NCBI GenBank assembly: GCA_009783855.1
Contig: WRCO01000003.1
Location: 1-55,430 of the forward strand
Direction: 5' to 3'
DNA from: Alphaproteobacteria bacterium
GTDB taxonomy: Bacteria; Pseudomonadota; Alphaproteobacteria; Rs-D84
DNA: 55,430 nucleotides
The translations under genes and the position numbers were made by a program. Below are positions 38,052 to 52,222 of this stretch, one piece after another. The notes beneath the pieces are model-generated. The model was not told the DNA's origin and did no database searches. It worked only from the letters and a program-made list of their open reading frames with translations. Each line of letters starts with the position of its first letter. Within the stretch, counting starts at the first letter, position 1.

Positions 38052-38537
38052 ATGAAAAAACTTTTATGCCTTATGACTTGTGCCTTGTGCCTTACTGCTT
38101 GCGGCTGGACGTCGATGTACGATTCCGGACGGCAATTACAGGGCGAGCTTCGCGACATCTATATCGCGCCGATTTCTGGCACGAACGGCATTGATTTGCG
38201 GAACGCGCTTCGCGGCACGTGGGGCACGGATAATAATATCAGCGCAAGATATGCCTTGACCGTGAATCTGCGGAATCCGGAAACTATTTTCAAAGCTCTG
38301 CAAATCACCGGCGACGCGACTTGGCGTGAAGTGCGCATGACCGCGACGTATGAATTGCGCGATAATGAAACGGGCGAATTATTGCTAAGCGCGTTTGATA
38401 CCGCGTCGGAATCGTATACTTTTGTCGCGGACCTTGTCGCGGCCCAGGCATCGTATAACAACGCCGTGCAGAATGCGGTTCAAGTCCTTGCGCGCAAGAT
38501 AGAAACAAGAGTAAACGCAAGGTTAAGAACCCAATGA
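38052..38537 (+). CDS. lptE: LPS-assembly lipoprotein LptE
   Basis: Lipobox LTAC-GW and position between leuS and holA. Confidence 0.8.
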   Translation: MKKLLCLMTCALCLTACGWTSMYDSGRQLQGELRDIYIAPISGTNGIDLRNALRGTWGTDNNISARYALTVNLRNPETIFKALQITGDATWREVRMTATYELRDNETGELLLSAFDTASESYTFVADLVAAQASYNNAVQNAVQVLARKIETRVNARLRTQ

Positions 38538-39535
38538 AATGGAAAGAATCCGACTTTAATAATGCATTGTCCAACCAGATGGCAAATGTGCCGGCGGTCC
38601 TGATTTACGGTCCCGACGCGGGCCAGGTGGACGAACTTGCCGACAAGGCGATTGATAAACTGGAAATAGATTCGGTGAATCTGTTCGTTGTCGACGCGAA
38701 CGAATTGAAAGACAAAACCGACGCATTGTTTGCAGAGGCGTGCACACCGTCGCTTCTTGGCGGCCGGCGCATGGTATGGGTTGCGAACGTCGGCGATTCC
38801 GACGCGCCGCTTGTGCGCGAACTTGTCACGCATAAATCGCTGGACGCGTTTGTTGTCGTGACGGCGGCGGAACTTCGCGCGGGCGGCGGAATGCGCGCGC
38901 TGTTCGAAGATGCGCAGAATCTTGCCGCGATTCCGTGCTATGCGGACGACGAACAGACGCTTGGCAAAGTCATCCGCGAATCCCTGTTTGCCGCCGGTAT
39001 AAAACAAATAGAACCGGACGCGATGCAATACATGTTTTCGCGCCTTGGCGGCGACCGCGGCGTCACGCGTTCGTTCTTGAAAAAGTTAAGCATTTACGTG
39101 GACGACACAAAGACCGTCACGCTTGTCGATGTTGAGAAATGCCTTCCCGACAATGGCGCGGTTTCGATTGATGATTTTTTATATTCGCTTACCGCGGGTC
39201 ATATTGCGGCGACGCAATTGGCGATGGACCGGGTGTTTTTCGACGGAGCGGAACCGATAATGCTTGTCCGGATGCTGGATTTTCATTTCAAGAAACTGCT
39301 TGATGCGGTGGCGACGGGCCGGATGCCGAAACTGTTTTGGAAAGTTGCGGACAAATTCGGCGCCGCGATGCGATTCTGGTCCGAAGATGAAATCATCGGC
39401 GTGCTTGCCCGCCTTACGGAATTAGAGCGTCAGACAAAAACAACCGGCATGCCGTCGGAATTATTGGTGCGCGATTTCGCGTTAAAGCTTTCGGTCCGCG
39501 CGGCAAAACTTGCGCTTAAAGCAAGGCGGAAATAA
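38534..39535 (+). CDS. holA: DNA polymerase III delta subunit
   Basis: LIYGPDAG, TPSLLGGRR, LGGDRG; synteny with leuS-lptE. Confidence 0.9.
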   Translation: MKWKESDFNNALSNQMANVPAVLIYGPDAGQVDELADKAIDKLEIDSVNLFVVDANELKDKTDALFAEACTPSLLGGRRMVWVANVGDSDAPLVRELVTHKSLDAFVVVTAAELRAGGGMRALFEDAQNLAAIPCYADDEQTLGKVIRESLFAAGIKQIEPDAMQYMFSRLGGDRGVTRSFLKKLSIYVDDTKTVTLVDVEKCLPDNGAVSIDDFLYSLTAGHIAATQLAMDRVFFDGAEPIMLVRMLDFHFKKLLDAVATGRMPKLFWKVADKFGAAMRFWSEDEIIGVLARLTELERQTKTTGMPSELLVRDFALKLSVRAAKLALKARRK

Positions 39536-39668
39536 TCAAAAGAAAGCCAAATGAATATCCCCCCCCCCCTCCATATTTGTCAACAAAGTATTAGGTTATA
39601 TAAAGTCCCGTTGTGCCAAGAAACATAAATTTGGCGCGACTTATTCTGTTTGGGACGGGCTTGAACTG

Positions 39669-40373
39669 TTGGAGGCTTCATTAAAATCCATCCGCCCGGT
39701 ATGCGATTATATCAATATTGTTTATTCCGAAGAATCATGGTCTGGTGAAAAATCGCCGGTTGAAATAAAGCCGATACTGGACGACCTTGTTGCGCGCGGC
39801 CTTGCGGACGAGGTGTTGGAATACAAGATTGATTCAAAATCAAAAAAGGCCAGAGAGCAGAAAAGGAAGCGCAACATTGGCATGAAAGCCGCACTGCGTG
39901 CGGGGTGTGATTATTTGATGTCCATGGATTCCGACGAATTCTATATAGCGGACGAGTTGGAGAAATTGAAATCGTACATATTGGAAAGGAAAATTACCCA
40001 TTCGTATTGCAAGCTTATGCTGTATGAAAATCCAAACAAAATGTATATCCCATCCAAAGGGGCGTACAATTATTATGTTCAAACCTTTTGTAAAATTAAC
40101 CGGTTTTCAAGGTTTGGCGGCAATATCCGTGTTGCGCGGTGCGACCCCACGCGCCGCATCCATACATGGTTGCGGATACCGAAATATTTTGTATTCGAGG
40201 GATGGTATATGCACCACTATCCCTTTTACAGAAAGGACCTTTGCACTAAATACGAAAATTTATCGCGCAGGAAGAACAAGCGCAGCGTTGAAGAAGTTGT
40301 CGCGTGGAGAGAGGGTATGAAATCCTTGCCGGTGGTGGAATGTGGCAACATATTCGATATGCCGATATTCTGA
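39669..40373 (+). CDS. Glycosyltransferase family 2-like protein
   Basis: DxD (MDSDEFY) and KRNIG..ALRAGCDY. The frame continues upstream as KFGATYSVWDGLELL, so the real start is probably before 39669. Confidence 0.8.
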   Translation: MEASLKSIRPVCDYINIVYSEESWSGEKSPVEIKPILDDLVARGLADEVLEYKIDSKSKKAREQKRKRNIGMKAALRAGCDYLMSMDSDEFYIADELEKLKSYILERKITHSYCKLMLYENPNKMYIPSKGAYNYYVQTFCKINRFSRFGGNIRVARCDPTRRIHTWLRIPKYFVFEGWYMHHYPFYRKDLCTKYENLSRRKNKRSVEEVVAWREGMKSLPVVECGNIFDMPIF

Positions 40374-40439
40374 CAAAATATCTTGACTTTTCGCGATTTG
40401 TGCCATAATATACGCCCCAGTCAATAAAGGATTATCAAT

Positions 40440-40823
40440 ATGCCAAAAGTATGCACCGTCACCGGAAAAAAGACAGAGGTCGGACACAATGTGTCGCATT
40501 CCAACCGCAAAACAAAACGCACGTTCAAACCGAATATGCAGACATTGAAATTCAAAAGTGATGCGCTTGGCCGCGAATTTTCGTTGAAACTTACGACATC
40601 CGGTCTTCGCACTTTGGTAAAGCACGGCGGCCTTGACGGGTATGTCATGGCGAAACCGATTTCGCGCCTGACGCCCGAAATGGCGGCGATAAAGAAAGCG
40701 ATTGCCAAGAAAACCGGCGCAAAACTTGCGGCAAAACCGGTGGAAAAAAAGACGGTCCGCAAACCGAACCGGTCTGCGCGTCTTGTTAAAAAGACCGCGG
40801 AAGTCGCGGCGAAAAAGAAATAA
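40440..40823 (+). CDS. rpmB: 50S ribosomal protein L28 with Lys-rich extension
   Basis: CTVTGK..GHNVSHSNRKTKRTFKPN, GGLDGY. Confidence 0.96.
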   Translation: MPKVCTVTGKKTEVGHNVSHSNRKTKRTFKPNMQTLKFKSDALGREFSLKLTTSGLRTLVKHGGLDGYVMAKPISRLTPEMAAIKKAIAKKTGAKLAAKPVEKKTVRKPNRSARLVKKTAEVAAKKK

Positions 40824-40830
40824 TGTCCCT

Positions 40831-40906
40831 GGGGTCGTAGCTCAGCTGGTAGAGCGCTACGTTCGCATCGTAGAGGTCGTCGGTTCGACTCCGATCGGCT
40901 CCACCA
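40831..40906 (+). tRNA. tRNA-Ala(CGC)
   Basis: Cloverleaf, anticodon loop TTCGCAT, G3:U70 pair, encoded CCA. Confidence 0.96.
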
Positions 40907-40913
40907 AGGGTCT

Positions 40914-40998
40914 GGCTTTGTGGCGGAACTGGTAGACGCGCTTGACTCAAAATCAAGTTCAGCAATGAGTGTCGGTTCGATTCCGACCAAAGCCACCA
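40914..40998 (+). tRNA. tRNA-Leu(CAA)
   Basis: Cloverleaf with variable arm, anticodon loop CTCAAAA, encoded CCA. Confidence 0.95.
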
Positions 40999-41001
40999 CC
41001 A

Positions 41002-41034
41002 AAAATAAAAATGCCCTTGCGGCATTTTTATTTT
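41002..41034 (+). terminator. Terminator after rpmB-tRNA unit
   Basis: AAAATAAAAATGCC-CTTGC-GGCATTTTTATTTT. Confidence 0.75.
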
Positions 41035-41071
41035 AATGTATGATGTAAAATGAAACAAAGAGCGTGATTCA

Positions 41072-42025
41072 ATGAAAACTATTCTTATCACAGGTGCGGC
41101 CGGATTTATCGGGTCAAGTCTTGCGGACGAATTGCTTGGGCGCGGGCTTCGCGTGGTCGCATTTGACAATTTCAACAATTATTACGACCCGGCGCAAAAA
41201 CGCGAAAACATATCCGCCGCCGCGGAATCGCCGAATTACAAACTCTATGCCGGGGATATAGAAAACCCTCACGACCTTCAACGGGTTTTTGCGGAAAACA
41301 AAATTGATTCGGTCGTGCATCTTGGCGCGCGGGCGGGCGTCCGTCCGTCTTTGGAAGACCCGATTTCATACGTGAACACGAATATCATCGGAACGATGAA
41401 CGTCTTGGAGGCCATGCGCGCCGCGGACGTGAAAAAGATGGTCTTCGCATCGTCGTCAAGCGTTTACGGAAACTGCACCGCCGACAAATTCACCGAAGAT
41501 ATCGACGTGCGCGAACCCATATCGCCGTATGCCATGACGAAAAGCGCGGGCGAACAGCTGTGCTATACATATCACGCGCTGTATGGTATGTCCGTGGTCG
41601 CCTTGCGCTTTTTCACGGTTTACGGCCCGCGGCAAAGACCGGATTTGGCAATCCGGAAATTCGCCCAGAAAATCCGCCGGGACGAGGCGATAGAAATGTT
41701 CGGCGACGGGTCGAATATGCGCGACTATACGTATATCGGCGACATTCTTTCCGGCATTATCGCGGCGATGGATTACGACAAGGCTCCGTTTGAGATAGTC
41801 AACCTTGCCGGCGGGCGGCCGATAACCCTGCGCGATATGATTTTTGAAATTGAAAACGCGATGGGCAAAAAAGCGGAAATAAAACAAATGCCGATGCAGC
41901 CGGGCGACGTGGACAAAACAATCGGCGATATAACAAAGGCGGCGCGGCTTTTCGGATACGCGCCAAAGACTTCGTTCGCGGATGGTGTAAAGAAAACAAT
42001 CGAATGGCTTGATACCAAAGGATGA
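41072..42025 (+). CDS. NAD-dependent epimerase (UDP-glucuronate 4-epimerase-like)
   Basis: TGAAGFIG, ARAGVRPS, ASSSSVYG, YAMTK, GPRQRPDLA, MQPGDV. Confidence 0.9.
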   Translation: MKTILITGAAGFIGSSLADELLGRGLRVVAFDNFNNYYDPAQKRENISAAAESPNYKLYAGDIENPHDLQRVFAENKIDSVVHLGARAGVRPSLEDPISYVNTNIIGTMNVLEAMRAADVKKMVFASSSSVYGNCTADKFTEDIDVREPISPYAMTKSAGEQLCYTYHALYGMSVVALRFFTVYGPRQRPDLAIRKFAQKIRRDEAIEMFGDGSNMRDYTYIGDILSGIIAAMDYDKAPFEIVNLAGGRPITLRDMIFEIENAMGKKAEIKQMPMQPGDVDKTIGDITKAARLFGYAPKTSFADGVKKTIEWLDTKG

Positions 42026-42333
42026 TGACAATGGATAAAACGAAATTTGCAAGTCTTGGGATATGTGCGACGGCGGCGCTGCATATGGTTTGTTGCGGCG
42101 TGCCGATTGCGGCGGCGGTGCTTGGCATCGCGTCGCCGTTTGCGGGATTATTGCCACACGGTTTAAGAATCGTGTTGTTGGTTTTTGGCGCGTTCGCGGT
42201 CGGTGTTTCGTGGTTTTTCTATTTCACGGGCTGCAAGTGCAATAAAAAGCTTTTGATATTTTCAACTGTGCTGTTCGCGCTTGCGCTTGCGTTGGCGTTC
42301 ATCCCGCACGCGCACGGCCCCGATTGCCATTAA
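42022..42333 (+). CDS. Small MerC-like membrane protein
   Basis: CA..LHMVCC in TM1, three TM segments, C-terminal HAHGPDCH. Confidence 0.6.
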   Translation: MMTMDKTKFASLGICATAALHMVCCGVPIAAAVLGIASPFAGLLPHGLRIVLLVFGAFAVGVSWFFYFTGCKCNKKLLIFSTVLFALALALAFIPHAHGPDCH

Positions 42334-43313
42334 TCCGAAATCGGCGGCAATTTTTCCGGCAATTTCAATTTATCACCGTATATGGTGTTATATTCCGCCG
42401 GCTCGAAACTCATAAGTCCGGCCGAAGGAGAAAATGTAAGTTCGCCGATATAAATCCGCCCGTCGACATTATACATGTCAACGCGGACAAACGGGAATTC
42501 CGCGGATATTTTTTCCGCAAGGCGGACCATTTCGTCCAGATTTTTCGGTTTTGGTATATCTCCGTACGGTATGTATTTGTCCACATGAACGATGCACGGC
42601 AATTTCCCCCAGCGTTTGTCAAACGCGGCCATAGTCTTGTCGGCTACATTAACGGAAGTGCCCGCCCGCGCGTATGACAGTATGAATTCGACCCGCCCGT
42701 TAAGACAAAAGAATTTATAATCGGTAAGTCCGTCGCCGCAATCCGACAACATTTCTTCGACGATGAATCGTTCCGGTCTTCCTCTTATATTTCGCCATTT
42801 GTTCATCTTCCGGATAGCGTCTTTTCTTTTCGTCTTTGATTTGTCGGGCACAATCATGACTTGCCGTCCGGCGCACCCGGAGGTGGCTTTTAATACGAAC
42901 CGTTCGGGAAGTCCGTCCCAATCAATATCTTCGGGCCTGTTATACGCGCCGAGAAGTTTTGGCACATATTCGCCCAATCCTTTTTTAGTCGCCCATTTTT
43001 TGAAAGATTCCTTGTCTTCTATGGGTTTGATTACCGCCCGCATCCGGCGGAAATAGTATTTTTGAAGCCATAAAAGCTTTTCCGCAAATATCTTCGGCGC
43101 TTCCCAGTTGATTTCGATTCCTTTTTTCCGAAAGGACGAAAACACCTTGTAACAGGAGTTTGTATTCGACAACAGGTATTCGGAATGTCGATTCATCTGC
43201 TTTACTTTGTGCCGCCGGATTGTCCTGAACGATATGCCGAAAACTTTATGCTTTCTGAAAAACATGCCGTCGTGCTCTGTGGTGACAAGCCGCGATACAA
43301 GAGATTTTAACAT
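42330..43313 (-). CDS. TupA-like ATP-grasp amidoligase
   Basis: FAEKLLWL, LPERFVLKATSG, DYKFFCLNG, FVRVDMY, IGELTFSPSAG. Likely ATG 43313. Confidence 0.9.
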   Translation of the reverse strand: MLKSLVSRLVTTEHDGMFFRKHKVFGISFRTIRRHKVKQMNRHSEYLLSNTNSCYKVFSSFRKKGIEINWEAPKIFAEKLLWLQKYYFRRMRAVIKPIEDKESFKKWATKKGLGEYVPKLLGAYNRPEDIDWDGLPERFVLKATSGCAGRQVMIVPDKSKTKRKDAIRKMNKWRNIRGRPERFIVEEMLSDCGDGLTDYKFFCLNGRVEFILSYARAGTSVNVADKTMAAFDKRWGKLPCIVHVDKYIPYGDIPKPKNLDEMVRLAEKISAEFPFVRVDMYNVDGRIYIGELTFSPSAGLMSFEPAEYNTIYGDKLKLPEKLPPISD

Positions 43314-43341
43314 GCGCCTTCCTTTTTTTTGATAAATAGAC

Positions 43342-43457
43342 AAAAAAGACACCCAGAAAGCAGGTGTCGGGAAGTTAGTCAATCAAGTGATAATGATTTC
43401 GTCGCCTTTGACCTTTCGGCCTGTTGTATAGCGACGACTTCCCGACCGAAGTCGGGA
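43342..43457 (-). promoter_or_regulatory. Candidate attenuator/riboswitch leader
   Basis: Terminator GACACC-N9-GGTGTC-T6 overlapped by alternative helices; see findings. Confidence 0.5.
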
Positions 43458-43607
43458 CGTTGTTAGAATCGTATCACTGGGCGACTAAACCCGTTCTACT
43501 AACTTTGTCCTTTGCCCTTGTTTCCAGGGGCGCTGTTATTAAAGCACAAAAAGTTAATTAATCCAATGAAAAATACGGCGATATAAAAAACCGGCTTTCG
43601 CCGGCTG

Positions 43608-44474
43608 TTAGCGTTTCTTTTCCAATATTCGTTGATATATGTCAAAAGCTTCCGGGCAGAACAGGGGCTGTCCGGGTGTGACGCGATTCCAGAATTTGCC
43701 CCAACTGATGCCAAGGGCATCCGTGGCTTTCAAATTAATCTGGCGTTTGGTTGAATACACAATGCCCGAATTTTCTATTTCTGAAAGCATAACAAGGATG
43801 CGTTCGTTTTCGCTTTTCGTGTTTTCCGCCCGGTTAACCTTGCGCCCATCAGATATGCGTTTTTTATATTCATTGAATATTTCCTTGCTGAACCGATTAT
43901 TGCTTTCCGAAATCCGCCCGTAAAATGTCTCGTACGAAACGTCCAAATCTGGGCATACGGCTTTCATCGCCTCGAAAAGCTTTAACGTGTTCGGATATTT
44001 CACATCTTCGGACAGCTGTTTTATCGCGATTAAGATGCGTTCGTTGGAACGTCCGAATTTTGCCGTTCCGCCCGTTTTTGTGACATAATTTTCACAAAGT
44101 ATCGGCAACACGGCGGCGCGAATTTCCGGGTCAAATGACCGGTGCTCTGGCACCATTTTCCCATAGACCAGGCGCACGTTTATATTAGGCTTTATTTTTT
44201 GAATGTCACAGACAAGGTCTTTAAGCTCTTTATACTTCACCGCGTCGCAAGCGGCGACGTCTTCCAAGTTGCGAAAACGTTTCCCCGTCTGGGCTGTTTT
44301 TAATATCCAGATTGCTGCCAAGAACCGTTCCGCCCATGCGTCCGGCCTGTCCGCAGAGGGCATCTTTGATATGGCCCGTTTGTCATACGTGGCGCGTTTT
44401 ACACACCGCGGGACCAAGAGCAACACTTCCGCCAATTGTGTATCCAAATCAAAAGCATATCTGTTTTTGTTCAT
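43608..44474 (-). CDS. Orphan protein with three internal helical repeats
   Basis: ORF 43608..44501, probable ATG 44474, with a TTGCAA-16-TATAAT promoter at 44507-44534. Confidence 0.65.
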   Translation of the reverse strand: MNKNRYAFDLDTQLAEVLLLVPRCVKRATYDKRAISKMPSADRPDAWAERFLAAIWILKTAQTGKRFRNLEDVAACDAVKYKELKDLVCDIQKIKPNINVRLVYGKMVPEHRSFDPEIRAAVLPILCENYVTKTGGTAKFGRSNERILIAIKQLSEDVKYPNTLKLFEAMKAVCPDLDVSYETFYGRISESNNRFSKEIFNEYKKRISDGRKVNRAENTKSENERILVMLSEIENSGIVYSTKRQINLKATDALGISWGKFWNRVTPGQPLFCPEAFDIYQRILEKKR

Positions 44475-44543
44475 CTCTATTGTCCATTTTATAGTTGACA
44501 AAAGAGATTATAAGGAAATATTTGTATTTTGCAAGTATTTTAA

Positions 44544-44597
44544 TAGGGGCGCCCACCGCAATCTTTGATTGCGTCGGGGTCCGGGTTTGCGCCCCCA
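44544..44597. repeat. REP-like GGGGCGC...GCGCCCC hairpin
   Basis: TAGGGGCGC...CGCAATC-TTT-GATTGCG...GCGCCCC; related to 32961-32990. Confidence 0.6.
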
Positions 44598-44610
44598 CGA
44601 TTGATGGCTT

Positions 44611-45852
44611 TTACTTAAAACTGTACCCCATTTCCAAATGATTCGGGTCATAGGTCCCGTTCGCGATGGCAAGAGTATCTTCGACGATAACAAGTTCTTC
44701 GTTCGTCGGAATCATGAAGACCTTTACCTTTGAATCCGGCGCGGATATGACGCTTTCGCCCGCGCCAATGCGCGACAGCGCACCGTTGTTGGCATCATTG
44801 TCAAGCTTTATGCCCAATTCATCCAACCCGTCGCACACCAATGCGCGCACCCGTTCGTCGTTTTCGCCGACGCCCGCCGTGAATACAATCGCATCGACGC
44901 GGCCAAGTTCCGCCATAAAGCCGCCGATGTATTTTTTGATATTGTTGGCTTCCACATCCAAAGCAAGGCGGCAGCAATCGTTGTTCGCCATATTGTTCCA
45001 AACATCGCGATGGTCGATGTGGCCTTCGGACAGGCCCAAAATCCCCGATTGTTTGTTAAGGTGTGTCTCAACCTGTTTCGCGGTGATGCCAAGGCGGTCC
45101 ATGACATAGAATATGATGCCTGCGTCTATATCGCCGGCGCGGGTGCTCATGGTCAATCCGGACAGCGGGGTAAGCCCCATGGACGTGTCGATGGATTTTC
45201 CGCCGCGAATGGCGGCCGCCGACGCGCCGGACCCGATATGAAGGGTGATAAGGTTGACTTCGTTTGCCGGCTTGCCAAGCATTTTCGCCGCGCGTTTGGA
45301 TACGTACAAATGCGACGTGCCGTGGAATCCGTAACGCCGGACGCCAAGTTCGCGGTACCACGCCGCCGGGACGGCATAACGGTACGCGTAATCCGGCATC
45401 GTTTGGTGGAATGCGGTGTCGAATACGGCGACTTGGCGCGCATTGGGCAACAATTGCTTTGCAACGACAATACCCATAAGGTTCGCGGGATTATGAAGCG
45501 GCGCAAGCGGCGACAATTCTTCAATGGTCCGGATTACTTCGTCTGTGATTTCGGCGGAACAATTGAACTTGTCGCCGCCGTGCACGACGCGGTGTCCGAC
45601 CGCCGTGATGTCGTTAAGGTCGATTGACGCATCGCGCAGCATGGTCATAACGATGCCAAGCGCTTCGTTATGGTTGTGCATTGGAACTTCTTTCTTTTCT
45701 TTTGTTCCGTCCGCCTGTTTTTGTGTGATAAAAGAATCGGATTCGCCGATTTTTTCAACCGTGCCGGATACTTTTACTGATTTGGAATCCGCGTCGAAAA
45801 CTTGATATTTAAGTGAACTGCTGCCACAGTTCAGCGCAAGAATATATGCCAT
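44611..45852 (-). CDS. ackA: Acetate kinase
   Basis: LNCGSSSLKY, GHRVVHGG, FDTAFH, YGFHGTSH, FTAGVGEN, PTNEE. Confidence 0.97.
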   Translation of the reverse strand: MAYILALNCGSSSLKYQVFDADSKSVKVSGTVEKIGESDSFITQKQADGTKEKKEVPMHNHNEALGIVMTMLRDASIDLNDITAVGHRVVHGGDKFNCSAEITDEVIRTIEELSPLAPLHNPANLMGIVVAKQLLPNARQVAVFDTAFHQTMPDYAYRYAVPAAWYRELGVRRYGFHGTSHLYVSKRAAKMLGKPANEVNLITLHIGSGASAAAIRGGKSIDTSMGLTPLSGLTMSTRAGDIDAGIIFYVMDRLGITAKQVETHLNKQSGILGLSEGHIDHRDVWNNMANNDCCRLALDVEANNIKKYIGGFMAELGRVDAIVFTAGVGENDERVRALVCDGLDELGIKLDNDANNGALSRIGAGESVISAPDSKVKVFMIPTNEELVIVEDTLAIANGTYDPNHLEMGYSFK

Positions 45853-45976
45853 GTTTTGTCCTTTCTTTTGTGTCAGTGGCGGGGATTATAACAATATTTG
45901 ATTTGAATTCAATCTTAAAATTTAAGCTTTTGTTTTTTGTTTTCTTGTCTATAATTCAATTACGGACCACGGATAA

Positions 45977-48037
<2,061 letters not shown>

Positions 48038-48072
48038 TTGTTAGCTGTCAGTTTTTATGCTATAATATCCGC

Positions 48073-50978
<2,906 letters not shown>

Positions 50979-51004
50979 TATCCTGTAAAGTAAAAGGAGC
51001 GCAC

Positions 51005-51943
51005 ATGGCAAAAAAACAAATCGAAGTAATCGACATGGGCGGCGCGAAAACCGTCGCGAAGAAAACCAGCTGGGTAAAAAAAGTAAAGATAGTATTTCTT
51101 ATCATATCCATCCTGTGGCTTGGGTTTGCTTATTGGGCGCCGTTGCATGTGAAAGACGTGTACGGCACGCAGATTAAAAAATCCATCGTCGTGTCGATGT
51201 TCTTTGATTTACAGCGCAATATAAATGAACAATATGAAAAACTGCTTCGCCTTGCGGCGCGGAATATCAATCTGGAAAAACCCATCGCGGTCGCGATTGA
51301 TAAGGTAAAAATCGCCGAAACCGGCGTCGCCCGCGTGGAACAGGCAACGGCCCAGGCACAGCAGGCGACAGCAACCGCCGGCCGCATTACCGGCATCGCG
51401 GGGCGGGTCGGCGTGAATGTCGGCGCGGCGGACAGGGCAGTCGACGCGGCGGCCGGAGCGGTCGCCAAAGTCGACGACCAGGCGCAAATCATCAACAAAC
51501 AGCTTGACCGGGTAAAGGGCGATTTGACCCGCATCGCGCAAACGGAAATCGACCGCGCGATTGATGAACAGCTTAAAGCAATTCTGGACCAGCATACCGG
51601 GCTTGGCACGACGATGCTTACCGATTACGGCATCCGGCATGTGATGCCGTGGCGCCCGTCGACATGGCCGGTTACGAACAAGATTTACGCCGATTTGGAA
51701 CGCTCGAACCTGTCCGCGATACAAAGTCTGACCGGCATGGTCGACAGATATTTCGGATATGTCGCGTGGGGTCTTGTGTTTGCGGCGTGGGGTGTGGCGT
51801 TGCTTGTTTGGTTTATGGTTTTGGGCAAGGTAAGGAAATTGTTGAAACCGTTCCTTGTCTGCCCGCGTTGCGGCCATACGTACGCCGACAAGCGTACGGC
51901 CTTGATGCTTCTTAAAGTTTTCCAACCGTGGTCGTGGATATAA
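51005..51943 (+). CDS. Hypothetical membrane protein with coiled coil and C-terminal CxxC
   Basis: ATG 51005 after AAGGAG; two TM segments; CPRCGH. Confidence 0.75.
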   Translation: MAKKQIEVIDMGGAKTVAKKTSWVKKVKIVFLIISILWLGFAYWAPLHVKDVYGTQIKKSIVVSMFFDLQRNINEQYEKLLRLAARNINLEKPIAVAIDKVKIAETGVARVEQATAQAQQATATAGRITGIAGRVGVNVGAADRAVDAAAGAVAKVDDQAQIINKQLDRVKGDLTRIAQTEIDRAIDEQLKAILDQHTGLGTTMLTDYGIRHVMPWRPSTWPVTNKIYADLERSNLSAIQSLTGMVDRYFGYVAWGLVFAAWGVALLVWFMVLGKVRKLLKPFLVCPRCGHTYADKRTALMLLKVFQPWSWI

Positions 51944-52097
51944 GGTGGTTGGTGCCTGGTGATTCGTGGCTGGTGTTGGTGGCTCGTAGGGGCGCAAAGC
52001 ATACGTCCCCATTGTTGTCCACTATAGTGGACAACTTTTAACTGATTACGGACCACCAGCACAGGCGACGAATCACCAGCACCAGCCACCAGTAACA
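51944..52097. repeat. ~150-bp imperfect inverted repeat centred on palindrome copy 6 (52016-52033)
   Basis: Left GGTGGTT/GGTGCCT/GGTGATT heptamers mirror the right CACCAGC arm; core GTTGTCCACTATAGTGGACAAC; GTAGGGGCG REP at 51986-52010. Confidence 0.8.
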
Positions 52098-52143
52098 AAT
52101 AAAACTTGATTTCGGCAAAAATATATGCCAAAATCAGACCCGT

Positions 52144-52220
52144 GCGAGCGTAGCTCAGTTGGCTAGAGCGCAACCTTGCCAAGGTTGAGGTCGAGGGTTC
52201 GAGCCCCTTTGCTCGCACCA
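52144..52220 (+). tRNA. tRNA-Gly(GCC)
   Basis: Cloverleaf, anticodon loop TTGCCAA, discriminator A73, encoded CCA. Confidence 0.96.
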
Positions 52221-52222
52221 CA

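Noticed and set aside
43400-43430. Hammerhead or c-di-GMP-I motif suggested by GGCCGAAAGGTC
   Set aside because: There is no CUGAUGA core and no GGCAAA/GACGCAAAG consensus.
44480-44501. Extra copy of the TGTC...GACA palindrome (TTGTCCATTTTATAGTTGACAA)
   Set aside because: The spacer is 12 rather than 10 nt and is not self-complementary.
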